Origin: Escherichia phage T7
Sequence record: OL964749.1
Direction: 5' to 3' (one strand)
DNA length: 37,063 nt
In this document: positions 7,351 to 17,475 of the stretch, piece by piece
How the letters are laid out: each line of letters begins with the position of its first letter
Position numbering within the stretch: position 1 is the stretch's first letter
Made by a program: the position numbers and the translations under genes
Notes under the pieces: generated by a model
What the model saw: only the letters and a program-made list of their open reading frames with translations
Told to the model about the DNA's origin: nothing
The model's database searches: none

Positions 7351-8049
7351 ATGGCTAAGAAGATTTTCACCTCTGCGCTGGGTACCGCTGAACCTTACGC
7401 TTACATCGCCAAGCCGGACTACGGCAACGAAGAGCGTGGCTTTGGGAACCCTCGTGGTGTCTATAAAGTTGACCTGACTATTCCCAACAAAGACCCGCGC
7501 TGCCAGCGTATGGTCGATGAAATCGTGAAGTGTCACGAAGAGGCTTATGCTGCTGCCGTTGAGGAATACGAAGCTAATCCACCTGCTGTAGCTCGTGGTA
7601 AGAAACCGCTGAAACCGTATGAGGGTGACATGCCGTTCTTCGATAACGGTGACGGTACGACTACCTTTAAGTTCAAATGCTACGCGTCTTTCCAAGACAA
7701 GAAGACCAAAGAGACCAAGCACATCAATCTTGTTGTGGTTGACTCAAAAGGTAAGAAGATGGAAGACGTTCCGATTATCGGTGGTGGCTCTAAGCTGAAA
7801 GTTAAATATTCTCTGGTTCCATACAAGTGGAACACTGCTGTAGGTGCGAGCGTTAAGCTGCAACTGGAATCCGTGATGCTGGTCGAACTGGCTACCTTTG
7901 GTGGCGGTGAAGACGATTGGGCTGACGAAGTTGAAGAGAACGGCTATGTTGCCTCTGGTTCTGCCAAAGCGAGCAAACCACGCGACGAAGAAAGCTGGGA
8001 CGAAGACGACGAAGAGTCCGAGGAAGCAGACGAAGACGGAGACTTCTAA
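7351..8049 (+). CDS. Single-stranded DNA-binding protein gp2.5
   Basis: 232-aa ORF MAKKIFTSALGTAEPYAYIAKPDYGNEERGFGNPRGVYKVDLTIPN... with acidic C-terminal tail ending ...EADEDGDF. Confidence 0.95.
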   Translation: MAKKIFTSALGTAEPYAYIAKPDYGNEERGFGNPRGVYKVDLTIPNKDPRCQRMVDEIVKCHEEAYAAAVEEYEANPPAVARGKKPLKPYEGDMPFFDNGDGTTTFKFKCYASFQDKKTKETKHINLVVVDSKGKKMEDVPIIGGGSKLKVKYSLVPYKWNTAVGASVKLQLESVMLVELATFGGGEDDWADEVEENGYVASGSAKASKPRDEESWDEDDEESEEADEDGDF

Positions 8050-8469
8050 GTGGAACTGCGGGAGAAAATCCTTGAGCGAATCAAGGTGACTTCCTCTGGG
8101 TGTTGGGAGTGGCAGGGCGCTACGAACAATAAAGGGTACGGGCAGGTGTGGTGCAGCAATACCGGAAAGGTTGTCTACTGTCATCGCGTAATGTCTAATG
8201 CTCCGAAAGGTTCTACCGTCCTGCACTCCTGTGATAATCCATTATGTTGTAACCCTGAACACCTATCCATAGGAACTCCAAAAGAGAACTCCACTGACAT
8301 GGTAAATAAGGGTCGCTCACACAAGGGGTATAAACTTTCAGACGAAGACGTAATGGCAATCATGGAGTCCAGCGAGTCCAATGTATCCTTAGCTCGCACC
8401 TATGGTGTCTCCCAACAGACTATTTGTGATATACGCAAATGGAGGCGACATGGCAGGTTACGGCGCTAA
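8050..8469 (+). CDS. Gene 2.8 protein (139 aa), HNH-type endonuclease-like
   Basis: ORF starting at GTG directly after the 2.5 stop; contains CHRVMSNAPKGSTVLHSCDNPLCCNPEHL, an HNH-like Cys/His motif. Confidence 0.7.
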   Translation: MELREKILERIKVTSSGCWEWQGATNNKGYGQVWCSNTGKVVYCHRVMSNAPKGSTVLHSCDNPLCCNPEHLSIGTPKENSTDMVNKGRSHKGYKLSDEDVMAIMESSESNVSLARTYGVSQQTICDIRKWRRHGRLRR

Positions 8470-8899
8470 AGGAATCCGAAAGGTTGGAGCGTTTCGCTCT
8501 GGCCTAGAGGACAAGGTTTCAAAGCAGTTGGAATCAAAAGGTATTAAATTCGAGTATGAAGAGTGGAAAGTGCCTTATGTAATTCCGGCGAGCAATCACA
8601 CTTACACTCCAGACTTCTTACTTCCAAACGGTATATTCGTTGAGACAAAGGGTCTGTGGGAAAGCGATGATAGAAAGAAGCACTTATTAATTAGGGAGCA
8701 GCACCCCGAGCTAGACATCCGTATTGTCTTCTCAAGCTCACGTACTAAGTTATACAAAGATTCTCCAACGTCTTATGGAGAGTTCTGCGAAAAGCATGGT
8801 ATTAAGTTCGCTGATAAACTGATACCTGCTGAGTGGATAAAGGAACCCAAGAAGGAGGTCCCCTTTGATAGATTAAAAAGGAAAGGAGGAAAGAAATAA
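8450..8899 (+). CDS. Endonuclease I (gene 3), Holliday-junction resolvase
   Basis: 149-aa ORF MAGYGAKGIRKVGAFRSGLEDKVSKQLESKGIKFEYEEWKVPYVIPASNHTYTPDFLLPNG...; the track start at 8402 is an upstream extension. Confidence 0.9.
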   Translation: MAGYGAKGIRKVGAFRSGLEDKVSKQLESKGIKFEYEEWKVPYVIPASNHTYTPDFLLPNGIFVETKGLWESDDRKKHLLIREQHPELDIRIVFSSSRTKLYKDSPTSYGEFCEKHGIKFADKLIPAEWIKEPKKEVPFDRLKRKGGKK

Positions 8900-9354
8900 T
8901 GGCTCGTGTACAGTTTAAACAACGTGAATCTACTGACGCAATCTTTGTTCACTGCTCGGCTACCAAGCCAAGTCAGAATGTTGGTGTCCGTGAGATTCGC
9001 CAGTGGCACAAAGAGCAGGGTTGGCTCGATGTGGGATACCACTTTATCATCAAGCGAGACGGTACTGTGGAGGCAGGACGAGATGAGATGGCTGTAGGCT
9101 CTCACGCTAAGGGTTACAACCACAACTCTATCGGCGTCTGCCTTGTTGGTGGTATCGACGATAAAGGTAAGTTCGACGCTAACTTTACGCCAGCCCAAAT
9201 GCAATCCCTTCGCTCACTGCTTGTCACACTGCTGGCTAAGTACGAAGGCGCTGTGCTTCGCGCCCATCATGAGGTGGCGCCGAAGGCTTGCCCTTCGTTC
9301 GACCTTAAGCGTTGGTGGGAGAAGAACGAACTGGTCACTTCTGACCGTGGATAA
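8899..9354 (+). CDS. T7 lysozyme (gene 3.5), N-acetylmuramoyl-L-alanine amidase and RNA polymerase inhibitor
   Basis: 151-aa ORF MARVQFKQRESTDAIFVHCSATKPSQNVGVREIRQWHKEQGWLDVGYHFIIKRDGTVEAG...; identical to T7 lysozyme as I recall it. Confidence 0.97.
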   Translation: MARVQFKQRESTDAIFVHCSATKPSQNVGVREIRQWHKEQGWLDVGYHFIIKRDGTVEAGRDEMAVGSHAKGYNHNSIGVCLVGGIDDKGKFDANFTPAQMQSLRSLLVTLLAKYEGAVLRAHHEVAPKACPSFDLKRWWEKNELVTSDRG

Positions 9355-9355
9355 T

Positions 9356-9377
9356 TAATTGAACTCACTAAAGGGAG

Positions 9378-9378
<1 letters not shown>
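9356..9378 (+). promoter_or_regulatory. T7 promoter phi3.8
   Basis: TAATTGAACTCACTAAAGGGAGA; +1 near 9373. Confidence 0.85.
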
Positions 9379-11239
<1,861 letters not shown>

Positions 11240-11242
<3 letters not shown>

Positions 11243-11262
11243 TACGACTCACTAAAGGCCAC
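11240..11262 (+). promoter_or_regulatory. T7 promoter phi4.3 with altered initially transcribed sequence (GGCCAC instead of GGAGAC)
   Basis: TAATACGACTCACTAAAGG then CCACACAG; consensus through +2, consistent with a deletion junction at +3. Confidence 0.75.
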
Positions 11263-11380
11263 ACAGTCACGCGCTCTGGCGATTCGCTCCAACGAACTGG
11301 CTGACAGTGCATCCACTAAAGTTACCGAGGCTGCCCGTGTGGCAAACCAAGCTCAACAGCTTTCCAAATTCTTTGAGTAA
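11259..11380 (+). pseudogene. Remnant of gene 4.3 lacking RBS, start codon and about 30 N-terminal codons
   Basis: In-frame segment ATQSRALAIRSNELADSASTKVTEAARVANQAQQLSKFFE without an initiator; about 100 bp missing relative to reference. Confidence 0.65.
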
Positions 11381-11399
11381 TCAAACAGGAGAAACCATT

Positions 11400-11669
11400 A
11401 TGTCTAACGTAGCTGAAACTATCCGTCTATCCGATACAGCTGACCAGTGGAACCGTCGAGTCCACATCAACGTTCGCAACGGTAAGGCGACTATGGTTTA
11501 CCGCTGGAAGGACTCTAAGTCCTCTAAGAATCACACTCAGCGTATGACGTTGACAGATGAGCAAGCACTGCGTCTGGTCAATGCGCTTACCAAAGCTGCC
11601 GTGACAGCAATTCATGAAGCTGGTCGCGTCAATGAAGCTATGGCTATCCTCGACAAGATTGATAACTAA
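11400..11669 (+). CDS. Gene 4.5 protein (89 aa)
   Basis: ORF MSNVAETIRLSDTADQWNRRVHINVRNGKATMVYRWKDSK... preceded by CAGGAGAA; the track start at 11307 is an upstream extension. Confidence 0.85.
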   Translation: MSNVAETIRLSDTADQWNRRVHINVRNGKATMVYRWKDSKSSKNHTQRMTLTDEQALRLVNALTKAAVTAIHEAGRVNEAMAILDKIDN

Positions 11670-11679
11670 GAGTGGTATC

Positions 11680-11713
11680 CTCAAGGTCGCCAAAGTGGTG
11701 GCCTTCATGAATA
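11680..11713 (+). promoter_or_regulatory. RNase III site R4.7
   Basis: Hairpin CAAGGTCGCCAAAGTGGTGGCCTT just downstream of the 4.5 stop. Confidence 0.55.
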
Positions 11714-11736
11714 CTATTCGACTCACTATAGGAGAT
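11714..11736 (+). promoter_or_regulatory. T7 promoter phi4.7
   Basis: CTATTCGACTCACTATAGGAGAT; +1 near 11731, 12 nt before the gene 4.7 ATG. Confidence 0.7.
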
Positions 11737-11742
11737 ATTACC

Positions 11743-11994
11743 ATGCGTGACCCTAAAGTTATCCAAGCAGAAATCGCTAAACTGGAAGCTGAACTGGAGG
11801 ACGTTAAGTACCATGAAGCTAAGACTCGCTCCGCTGTTCACATCTTGAAGAACTTAGGCTGGACTTGGACAAGACAGACTGGCTGGAAGAAACCAGAAGT
11901 TACCAAGCTGAGTCATAAGGTGTTCGATAAGGACACTATGACCCACATCAAGGCTGGTGATTGGGTTAAGGTTGACATGGGAGTTGTAACATGA
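11743..11994 (+). CDS. Gene 4.7 protein, truncated: 83 aa against 135 aa in reference T7
   Basis: ORF MRDPKVIQAEIAKLEAELEDVKYHEAKTRS...VDMGVVT; about 100 bp missing near the 3' end, with the frame-shifted original stop about 55 nt downstream. Confidence 0.7.
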   Translation: MRDPKVIQAEIAKLEAELEDVKYHEAKTRSAVHILKNLGWTWTRQTGWKKPEVTKLSHKVFDKDTMTHIKAGDWVKVDMGVVT

Positions 11995-12068
11995 TTCACA
12001 CAGGTTTCTTGACAGTTGTTTCATATGAAGAGATTGTTAAGTCACGATAATCAATAGGAGAAATCAAT

Positions 12069-14183
12069 ATGATCGTTTCTGACATCGAAGCTAACGCCCT
12101 CTTAGAGAGCGTCACTAAGTTCCACTGCGGGGTTATCTACGACTACTCCACCGCTGAGTACGTAAGCTACCGTCCGAGTGACTTCGGTGCGTATCTGGAT
12201 GCGCTGGAAGCCGAGGTTGCACGAGGCGGTCTTATTGTGTTCCACAACGGTCACAAGTATGACGTTCCTGCATTGACCAAACTGGCAAAGTTGCAATTGA
12301 ACCGAGAGTTCCACCTTCCTCGTGAGAACTGTATTGACACCCTTGTGTTGTCACGTTTGATTCATTCCAACCTCAAGGACACCGATATGGGTCTTCTGCG
12401 TTCCGGCAAGTTGCCCGGAAAACGCTTTGGGTCTCACGCTTTGGAGGCGTGGGGTTATCGCTTAGGCGAGATGAAGGGTGAATACAAAGACGACTTTAAG
12501 CGTATGCTTGAAGAGCAGGGTGAAGAATACGTTGACGGAATGGAGTGGTGGAACTTCAACGAAGAGATGATGGACTATAACGTTCAGGACGTTGTGGTAA
12601 CTAAAGCTCTCCTTGAGAAGCTACTCTCTGACAAACATTACTTCCCTCCTGAGATTGACTTTACGGACGTAGGATACACTACGTTCTGGTCAGAATCCCT
12701 TGAGGCCGTTGACATTGAACATCGTGCTGCATGGCTGCTCGCTAAACAAGAGCGCAACGGGTTCCCGTTTGACACAAAAGCAATCGAAGAGTTGTACGTA
12801 GAGTTAGCTGCTCGCCGCTCTGAGTTGCTCCGTAAATTGACCGAAACGTTCGGCTCGTGGTATCAGCCTAAAGGTGGCACTGAGATGTTCTGCCATCCGC
12901 GAACAGGTAAGCCACTACCTAAATACCCTCGCATTAAGACACCTAAAGTTGGTGGTATCTTTAAGAAGCCTAAGAACAAGGCACAGCGAGAAGGCCGTGA
13001 GCCTTGCGAACTTGATACCCGCGAGTACGTTGCTGGTGCTCCTTACACCCCAGTTGAACATGTTGTGTTTAACCCTTCGTCTCGTGACCACATTCAGAAG
13101 AAACTCCAAGAGGCTGGGTGGGTCCCGACCAAGTACACCGATAAGGGTGCTCCTGTGGTGGACGATGAGGTACTCGAAGGAGTACGTGTAGATGACCCTG
13201 AGAAGCAAGCCGCTATCGACCTCATTAAAGAGTACTTGATGATTCAGAAGCGAATCGGACAGTCTGCTGAGGGAGACAAAGCATGGCTTCGTTATGTTGC
13301 TGAGGATGGTAAGATTCATGGTTCTGTTAACCCTAATGGAGCAGTTACGGGTCGTGCGACCCATGCGTTCCCAAACCTTGCGCAAATTCCGGGTGTACGT
13401 TCTCCTTATGGAGAGCAGTGTCGCGCTGCTTTTGGCGCTGAGCACCATTTGGATGGGATAACTGGTAAGCCTTGGGTTCAGGCTGGCATCGACGCATCCG
13501 GTCTTGAGCTACGCTGCTTGGCTCACTTCATGGCTCGCTTTGATAACGGCGAGTACGCTCACGAGATTCTTAACGGCGACATCCACACTAAGAACCAGAT
13601 AGCTGCTGAACTACCTACCCGAGATAACGCTAAGACGTTCATCTATGGGTTCCTCTATGGTGCTGGTGATGAGAAGATTGGACAGATTGTTGGTGCTGGT
13701 AAAGAGCGCGGTAAGGAACTCAAGAAGAAATTCCTTGAGAACACCCCCGCGATTGCAGCACTCCGCGAGTCTATCCAACAGACACTTGTCGAGTCCTCTC
13801 AATGGGTAGCTGGTGAGCAACAAGTCAAGTGGAAACGCCGCTGGATTAAAGGTCTGGATGGTCGTAAGGTACACGTTCGTAGTCCTCACGCTGCCTTGAA
13901 TACCCTACTGCAATCTGCTGGTGCTCTCATCTGCAAACTGTGGATTATCAAGACCGAAGAGATGCTCGTAGAGAAAGGCTTGAAGCATGGCTGGGATGGG
14001 GACTTTGCGTACATGGCATGGGTACATGATGAAATCCAAGTAGGCTGCCGTACCGAAGAGATTGCTCAGGTGGTCATTGAGACCGCACAAGAAGCGATGC
14101 GCTGGGTTGGAGACCACTGGAACTTCCGGTGTCTTCTGGATACCGAAGGTAAGATGGGTCCTAATTGGGCGATTTGCCACTGA
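12069..14183 (+). CDS. DNA polymerase gp5 (family A, thioredoxin-binding, with 3'-5' exonuclease)
   Basis: 704-aa [39 protein letters not shown]... with exonuclease and polymerase motifs; matches T7 gp5. Confidence 0.98.
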   Translation: MIVSDIEANALLESVTKFHCGVIYDYSTAEYVSYRPSDFGAYLDALEAEVARGGLIVFHNGHKYDVPALTKLAKLQLNREFHLPRENCIDTLVLSRLIHSNLKDTDMGLLRSGKLPGKRFGSHALEAWGYRLGEMKGEYKDDFKRMLEEQGEEYVDGMEWWNFNEEMMDYNVQDVVVTKALLEKLLSDKHYFPPEIDFTDVGYTTFWSESLEAVDIEHRAAWLLAKQERNGFPFDTKAIEELYVELAARRSELLRKLTETFGSWYQPKGGTEMFCHPRTGKPLPKYPRIKTPKVGGIFKKPKNKAQREGREPCELDTREYVAGAPYTPVEHVVFNPSSRDHIQKKLQEAGWVPTKYTDKGAPVVDDEVLEGVRVDDPEKQAAIDLIKEYLMIQKRIGQSAEGDKAWLRYVAEDGKIHGSVNPNGAVTGRATHAFPNLAQIPGVRSPYGEQCRAAFGAEHHLDGITGKPWVQAGIDASGLELRCLAHFMARFDNGEYAHEILNGDIHTKNQIAAELPTRDNAKTFIYGFLYGAGDEKIGQIVGAGKERGKELKKKFLENTPAIAALRESIQQTLVESSQWVAGEQQVKWKRRWIKGLDGRKVHVRSPHAALNTLLQSAGALICKLWIIKTEEMLVEKGLKHGWDGDFAYMAWVHDEIQVGCRTEEIAQVVIETAQEAMRWVGDHWNFRCLLDTEGKMGPNWAICH

Positions 14184-14198
14184 TACAGGAGGCTACTC

Positions 14199-14402
14199 AT
14201 GAACGAAAGACACTTAACAGGTGCTGCTTCTGAAATGCTAGTAGCCTACAAATTTACCAAAGCTGGGTACACTGTCTATTACCCTATGCTGACTCAGAGT
14301 AAAGAGGACTTGGTTGTATGTAAGGATGGTAAATTTAGTAAGGTTCAGGTTAAAACATTGTGGTTGACGAAGATGTGCTTATTTTCACATGGGACGAAGT
14401 AA
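14199..14402 (+). CDS. Gene 5.3 (HNH endonuclease-like), frameshift-truncated to 67 aa against 118 aa in reference
   Basis: N-terminus MNERHLTGAASEMLVAYKFTKAGYTVYYPMLTQSKEDLVVCKDGKFSKVQVKT matches gp5.3, then a short out-of-frame tail; about 100 bp missing. Confidence 0.7.
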   Translation: MNERHLTGAASEMLVAYKFTKAGYTVYYPMLTQSKEDLVVCKDGKFSKVQVKTLWLTKMCLFSHGTK

Positions 14403-14466
14403 AAGGTAAGACATCCATGTGTGTCGGCAAGAGAAACAAAGGCATAAAACTATAGGAGAAATTATT

Positions 14467-14766
14467 ATGGCTATGACAAAGAAATTTAAAGTGTCCTTCG
14501 ACGTTACCGCAAAGATGTCGTCTGACGTTCAGGCAATCTTAGAGAAAGATATGCTGCATCTATGTAAGCAGGTCGGCTCAGGTGCGATTGTCCCCAATGG
14601 TAAACAGAAGGAAATGATTGTCCAGTTCCTGACACACGGTATGGAAGGATTGATGACATTCGTAGTACGTACATCATTTCGTGAGGCCATTAAGGACATG
14701 CACGAAGAGTATGCAGATAAGGACTCTTTCAAACAATCTCCTGCAACAGTACGGGAGGTGTTCTGA
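14467..14766 (+). CDS. Gene 5.5 protein (99 aa, H-NS-binding)
   Basis: ORF MAMTKKFKVSFDVTAKMSSDVQAILEKDMLHLCKQVGS...; the track start at 14419 is an upstream extension. Confidence 0.9.
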   Translation: MAMTKKFKVSFDVTAKMSSDVQAILEKDMLHLCKQVGSGAIVPNGKQKEMIVQFLTHGMEGLMTFVVRTSFREAIKDMHEEYADKDSFKQSPATVREVF

Positions 14767-14975
14767 TGTCTGACTACCTGAAAGTGCTGCAAGCAATCAA
14801 AAGTTGCCCTAAGACTTTCCAGTCCAACTATGTACGGAACAATGCGAGCCTCGTAGCGGAGGCCGCTTCCCGTGGTCACATCTCGTGCCTGACTACTAGT
14901 GGACGTAACGGTGGCGCTTGGGAAATCACTGCTTCCGGTACTCGCTTTCTGAAACGAATGGGAGGATGTGTCTAA
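14766..14975 (+). CDS. Gene 5.7 protein (69 aa)
   Basis: ORF MSDYLKVLQAIKSCPKTFQSNYVRNNASLVAEAASRGHISCL...; start overlaps the 5.5 stop. Confidence 0.85.
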   Translation: MSDYLKVLQAIKSCPKTFQSNYVRNNASLVAEAASRGHISCLTTSGRNGGAWEITASGTRFLKRMGGCV

Positions 14976-15133
14976 TGTCTCGTGACCTTGTGACTATTCC
15001 ACGCGATGTGTGGAACGATATACAGGGCTACATCGACTCTCTGGAACGTGAGAACGATAGCCTTAAGAATCAACTAATGGAAGCTGACGAATACGTAGCG
15101 GAACTAGAGGAGAAACTTAATGGCACTTCTTGA
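14975..15133 (+). CDS. Gene 5.9 protein (52 aa, RecBCD inhibitor)
   Basis: ORF MSRDLVTIPRDVWNDIQGYIDSLERENDSLKNQLMEADEYVAELEEKLNGTS; TAATG overlap with the 5.7 stop. Confidence 0.85.
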   Translation: MSRDLVTIPRDVWNDIQGYIDSLERENDSLKNQLMEADEYVAELEEKLNGTS

Positions 15134-16022
15134 CCTTAAACAATTCTATGAGTTACGTGAAGGCTGCGACGACAAGGGTATCCTTGTGATGGACGGCGAC
15201 TGGCTGGTCTTCCAAGCTATGAGTGCTGCTGAGTTTGATGCCTCTTGGGAGGAAGAGATTTGGCACCGATGCTGTGACCACGCTAAGGCCCGTCAGATTC
15301 TTGAGGATTCCATTAAGTCCTACGAGACCCGTAAGAAGGCTTGGGCAGGTGCTCCAATTGTCCTTGCGTTCACCGATAGTGTTAACTGGCGTAAAGAACT
15401 GGTTGACCCGAACTATAAGGCTAACCGTAAGGCCGTGAAGAAACCTGTAGGGTACTTTGAGTTCCTTGATGCTCTCTTTGAGCGCGAAGAGTTCTATTGC
15501 ATCCGTGAGCCTATGCTTGAGGGTGATGACGTTATGGGAGTTATTGCTTCCAATCCGTCTGCCTTCGGTGCTCGTAAGGCTGTAATCATCTCTTGCGATA
15601 AGGACTTTAAGACCATCCCTAACTGTGACTTCCTGTGGTGTACCACTGGTAACATCCTGACTCAGACCGAAGAGTCCGCTGACTGGTGGCACCTCTTCCA
15701 GACCATCAAGGGTGACATCACTGATGGTTACTCAGGGATTGCTGGATGGGGTGATACCGCCGAGGACTTCTTGAATAACCCGTTCATAACCGAGCCTAAA
15801 ACGTCTGTGCTTAAGTCCGGTAAGAACAAAGGCCAAGAGGTTACTAAATGGGTTAAACGCGACCCTGAGCCTCATGAGACGCTTTGGGACTGCATTAAGT
15901 CCATTGGCGCGAAGGCTGGTATGACCGAAGAGGATATTATCAAGCAGGGCCAAATGGCTCGAATCCTACGGTTCAACGAGTACAACTTTATTGACAAGGA
16001 GATTTACCTGTGGAGACCGTAG
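15120..16022 (+). CDS. 5'-3' exonuclease gp6
   Basis: 300-aa ORF MALLDLKQFYELREGCDDKGILVMDGDWLVFQAMSAAEFD...; FEN-family exonuclease matching T7 gp6. Confidence 0.95.
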   Translation: MALLDLKQFYELREGCDDKGILVMDGDWLVFQAMSAAEFDASWEEEIWHRCCDHAKARQILEDSIKSYETRKKAWAGAPIVLAFTDSVNWRKELVDPNYKANRKAVKKPVGYFEFLDALFEREEFYCIREPMLEGDDVMGVIASNPSAFGARKAVIISCDKDFKTIPNCDFLWCTTGNILTQTEESADWWHLFQTIKGDITDGYSGIAGWGDTAEDFLNNPFITEPKTSVLKSGKNKGQEVTKWVKRDPEPHETLWDCIKSIGAKAGMTEEDIIKQGQMARILRFNEYNFIDKEIYLWRP

Positions 16023-16123
16023 CGTATATTGGTCTGGGTCTTTGTGTTCTCGGAGTGTGCCTCATTTCGTGGGGCCTTTGTGACTTAGCCAGAATAATCA
16101 AGTCGTTACACGACACTAAGTGA
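16010..16123 (+). CDS. Gene 6.3 protein (37 aa, hydrophobic), apparent GTG start
   Basis: Small ORF (M)ETVAYIGLGLCVLGVCLISWGLCDLARIIKSLHDTK overlapping the gene 6 stop; position matches T7 gene 6.3. Confidence 0.5.
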   Translation: METVAYIGLGLCVLGVCLISWGLCDLARIIKSLHDTK

Positions 16124-16143
16124 TAAACTCAAGGTCCCTAAAT

Positions 16144-16166
16144 TAATACGACTCACTATAGGGAGA
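16144..16166 (+). promoter_or_regulatory. T7 class III promoter phi6.5
   Basis: TAATACGACTCACTATAGGGAGA, perfect consensus; +1 near 16161. Confidence 0.95.
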
Positions 16167-16220
16167 TAGGGGCCTTTACGATTATTACTTTAAGATTTAA
16201 CTCTAAGAGGAATCTTTATT

Positions 16221-16475
16221 ATGTTAACACCTATTAACCAATTACTTAAGAACCCTAACGATATTCCAGATGTACCTCGTGCAACCGCTGAGTATCTACA
16301 GGTTCGATTCAACTATGCGTACCTCGAAGCGTCTGGTCATATAGGACTTATGCGTGCTAATGGTTGTAGTGAGGCCCACATCTTGGGTTTCATTCAGGGC
16401 CTACAGTATGCCTCTAACGTCATTGACGAGATTGAGTTACGCAAGGAACAACTAAGAGATGATGGGGAGGATTGA
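16221..16475 (+). CDS. Gene 6.5 protein (84 aa)
   Basis: [43 protein letters not shown]... preceded by AAGAGGAA. Confidence 0.85.
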
Positions 16476-16479
16476 CACT

Positions 16480-16746
16480 ATGTGTTTCTCACCGAAAATT
16501 AAAACTCCGAAGATGGATACCAATCAGATTCGAGCCGTTGAGCCAGCGCCTCTGACCCAAGAAGTGTCAAGCGTGGAGTTCGGTGGGTCTTCTGATGAGA
16601 CGGATACCGAGGGCACCGAAGTGTCTGGACGCAAAGGCCTCAAGGTCGAACGTGATGATTCCGTAGCGAAGTCTAAAGCCAGCGGCAATGGCTCCGCTCG
16701 TATGAAATCTTCCATCCGTAAGTCCGCATTTGGAGGTAAGAAGTGA
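16480..16746 (+). CDS. Gene 6.7 protein (88 aa, virion protein)
   Basis: ORF MCFSPKIKTPKMDTNQIRAVEPAPLTQEVSSVEFGG...; the track start at 16459 is an upstream extension. Confidence 0.8.
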   Translation: MCFSPKIKTPKMDTNQIRAVEPAPLTQEVSSVEFGGSSDETDTEGTEVSGRKGLKVERDDSVAKSKASGNGSARMKSSIRKSAFGGKK

Positions 16747-17147
16747 TGTCTGAGTTCACATGTGTGGAGGCTAAGAGTCGCTTCCGTGCAATCCGGTGGA
16801 CTGTGGAACACCTTGGGTTGCCTAAAGGATTCGAAGGACACTTTGTGGGCTACAGCCTCTACGTAGACGAAGTGATGGACATGTCTGGTTGCCGTGAAGA
16901 GTACATTCTGGACTCTACCGGAAAACATGTAGCGTACTTCGCGTGGTGCGTAAGCTGTGACATTCACCACAAAGGAGACATTCTGGATGTAACGTCCGTT
17001 GTCATTAATCATGAGGCAGACTCTAAGGGCTTACAGCGATTCCTAGCGAAACGCTTTAAGTACCTTGCGGAACTCCACGATTGCGATTGGGTGTCTCGTT
17101 GTAAGCATGAAGGCGAGACAATGCGTGTATACTTTAAGGAGGTATAA
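16746..17147 (+). CDS. Gene 7 protein (133 aa)
   Basis: ORF MSEFTCVEAKSRFRAIRWTVEHLGLPKGFEGHFVGYSLYV...; start overlaps the 6.7 stop (GTGATG). Confidence 0.85.
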   Translation: MSEFTCVEAKSRFRAIRWTVEHLGLPKGFEGHFVGYSLYVDEVMDMSGCREEYILDSTGKHVAYFAWCVSCDIHHKGDILDVTSVVINHEADSKGLQRFLAKRFKYLAELHDCDWVSRCKHEGETMRVYFKEV

Positions 17148-17150
17148 GTT

Positions 17151-17438
17151 ATGGGTAAGAAAGTTAAGAAGGCCGTGAAGAAAGTCACCAAGTCCGTTAA
17201 GGAAGGGGCTCGTCCGGTTAAACAGGTTGCTGGCGGTCTAGCTGGTCTGGCTGGTGGTACTGGTGAAGCACAGATGGTGGAAGTACCACAAGCTGCCGCA
17301 CAGATTGTTGACGTACCTGAGAAAGAGGTTTCCACTGAGGACGAAGCACAGACAGAAAGCGGACGCAAGAAAGCTCGTGCTGGCGGTAAGAAATCCTTGA
17401 GTGTAGCCCGTAGCTCCGGTGGCGGTATCAACATTTAA
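17151..17438 (+). CDS. Gene 7.3 protein (tail-associated), 95 aa here (reference about 99 aa)
   Basis: Lys-rich ORF MGKKVKKAVKKVTKSVKEGARPVKQVAGGLAGLAGG... preceded by AAGGAGGT. Confidence 0.8.
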   Translation: MGKKVKKAVKKVTKSVKEGARPVKQVAGGLAGLAGGTGEAQMVEVPQAAAQIVDVPEKEVSTEDEAQTESGRKKARAGGKKSLSVARSSGGGINI

Positions 17439-17451
17439 TCAGGAGGTTATC

Positions 17452-17475
17452 CGTAAGACATGGAGACACATTTAA
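17452..17475 (+). other. Residual 3' end of gene 7.7 (last 7 codons plus stop), retaining the gene 8 ribosome-binding region
   Basis: Only CGTAAGACATGGAGACACATTTAA remains between the 7.3 intergenic AGGAGG and the gene 8 ATG, where reference T7 carries the roughly 130-codon gene 7.7. Confidence 0.65.
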
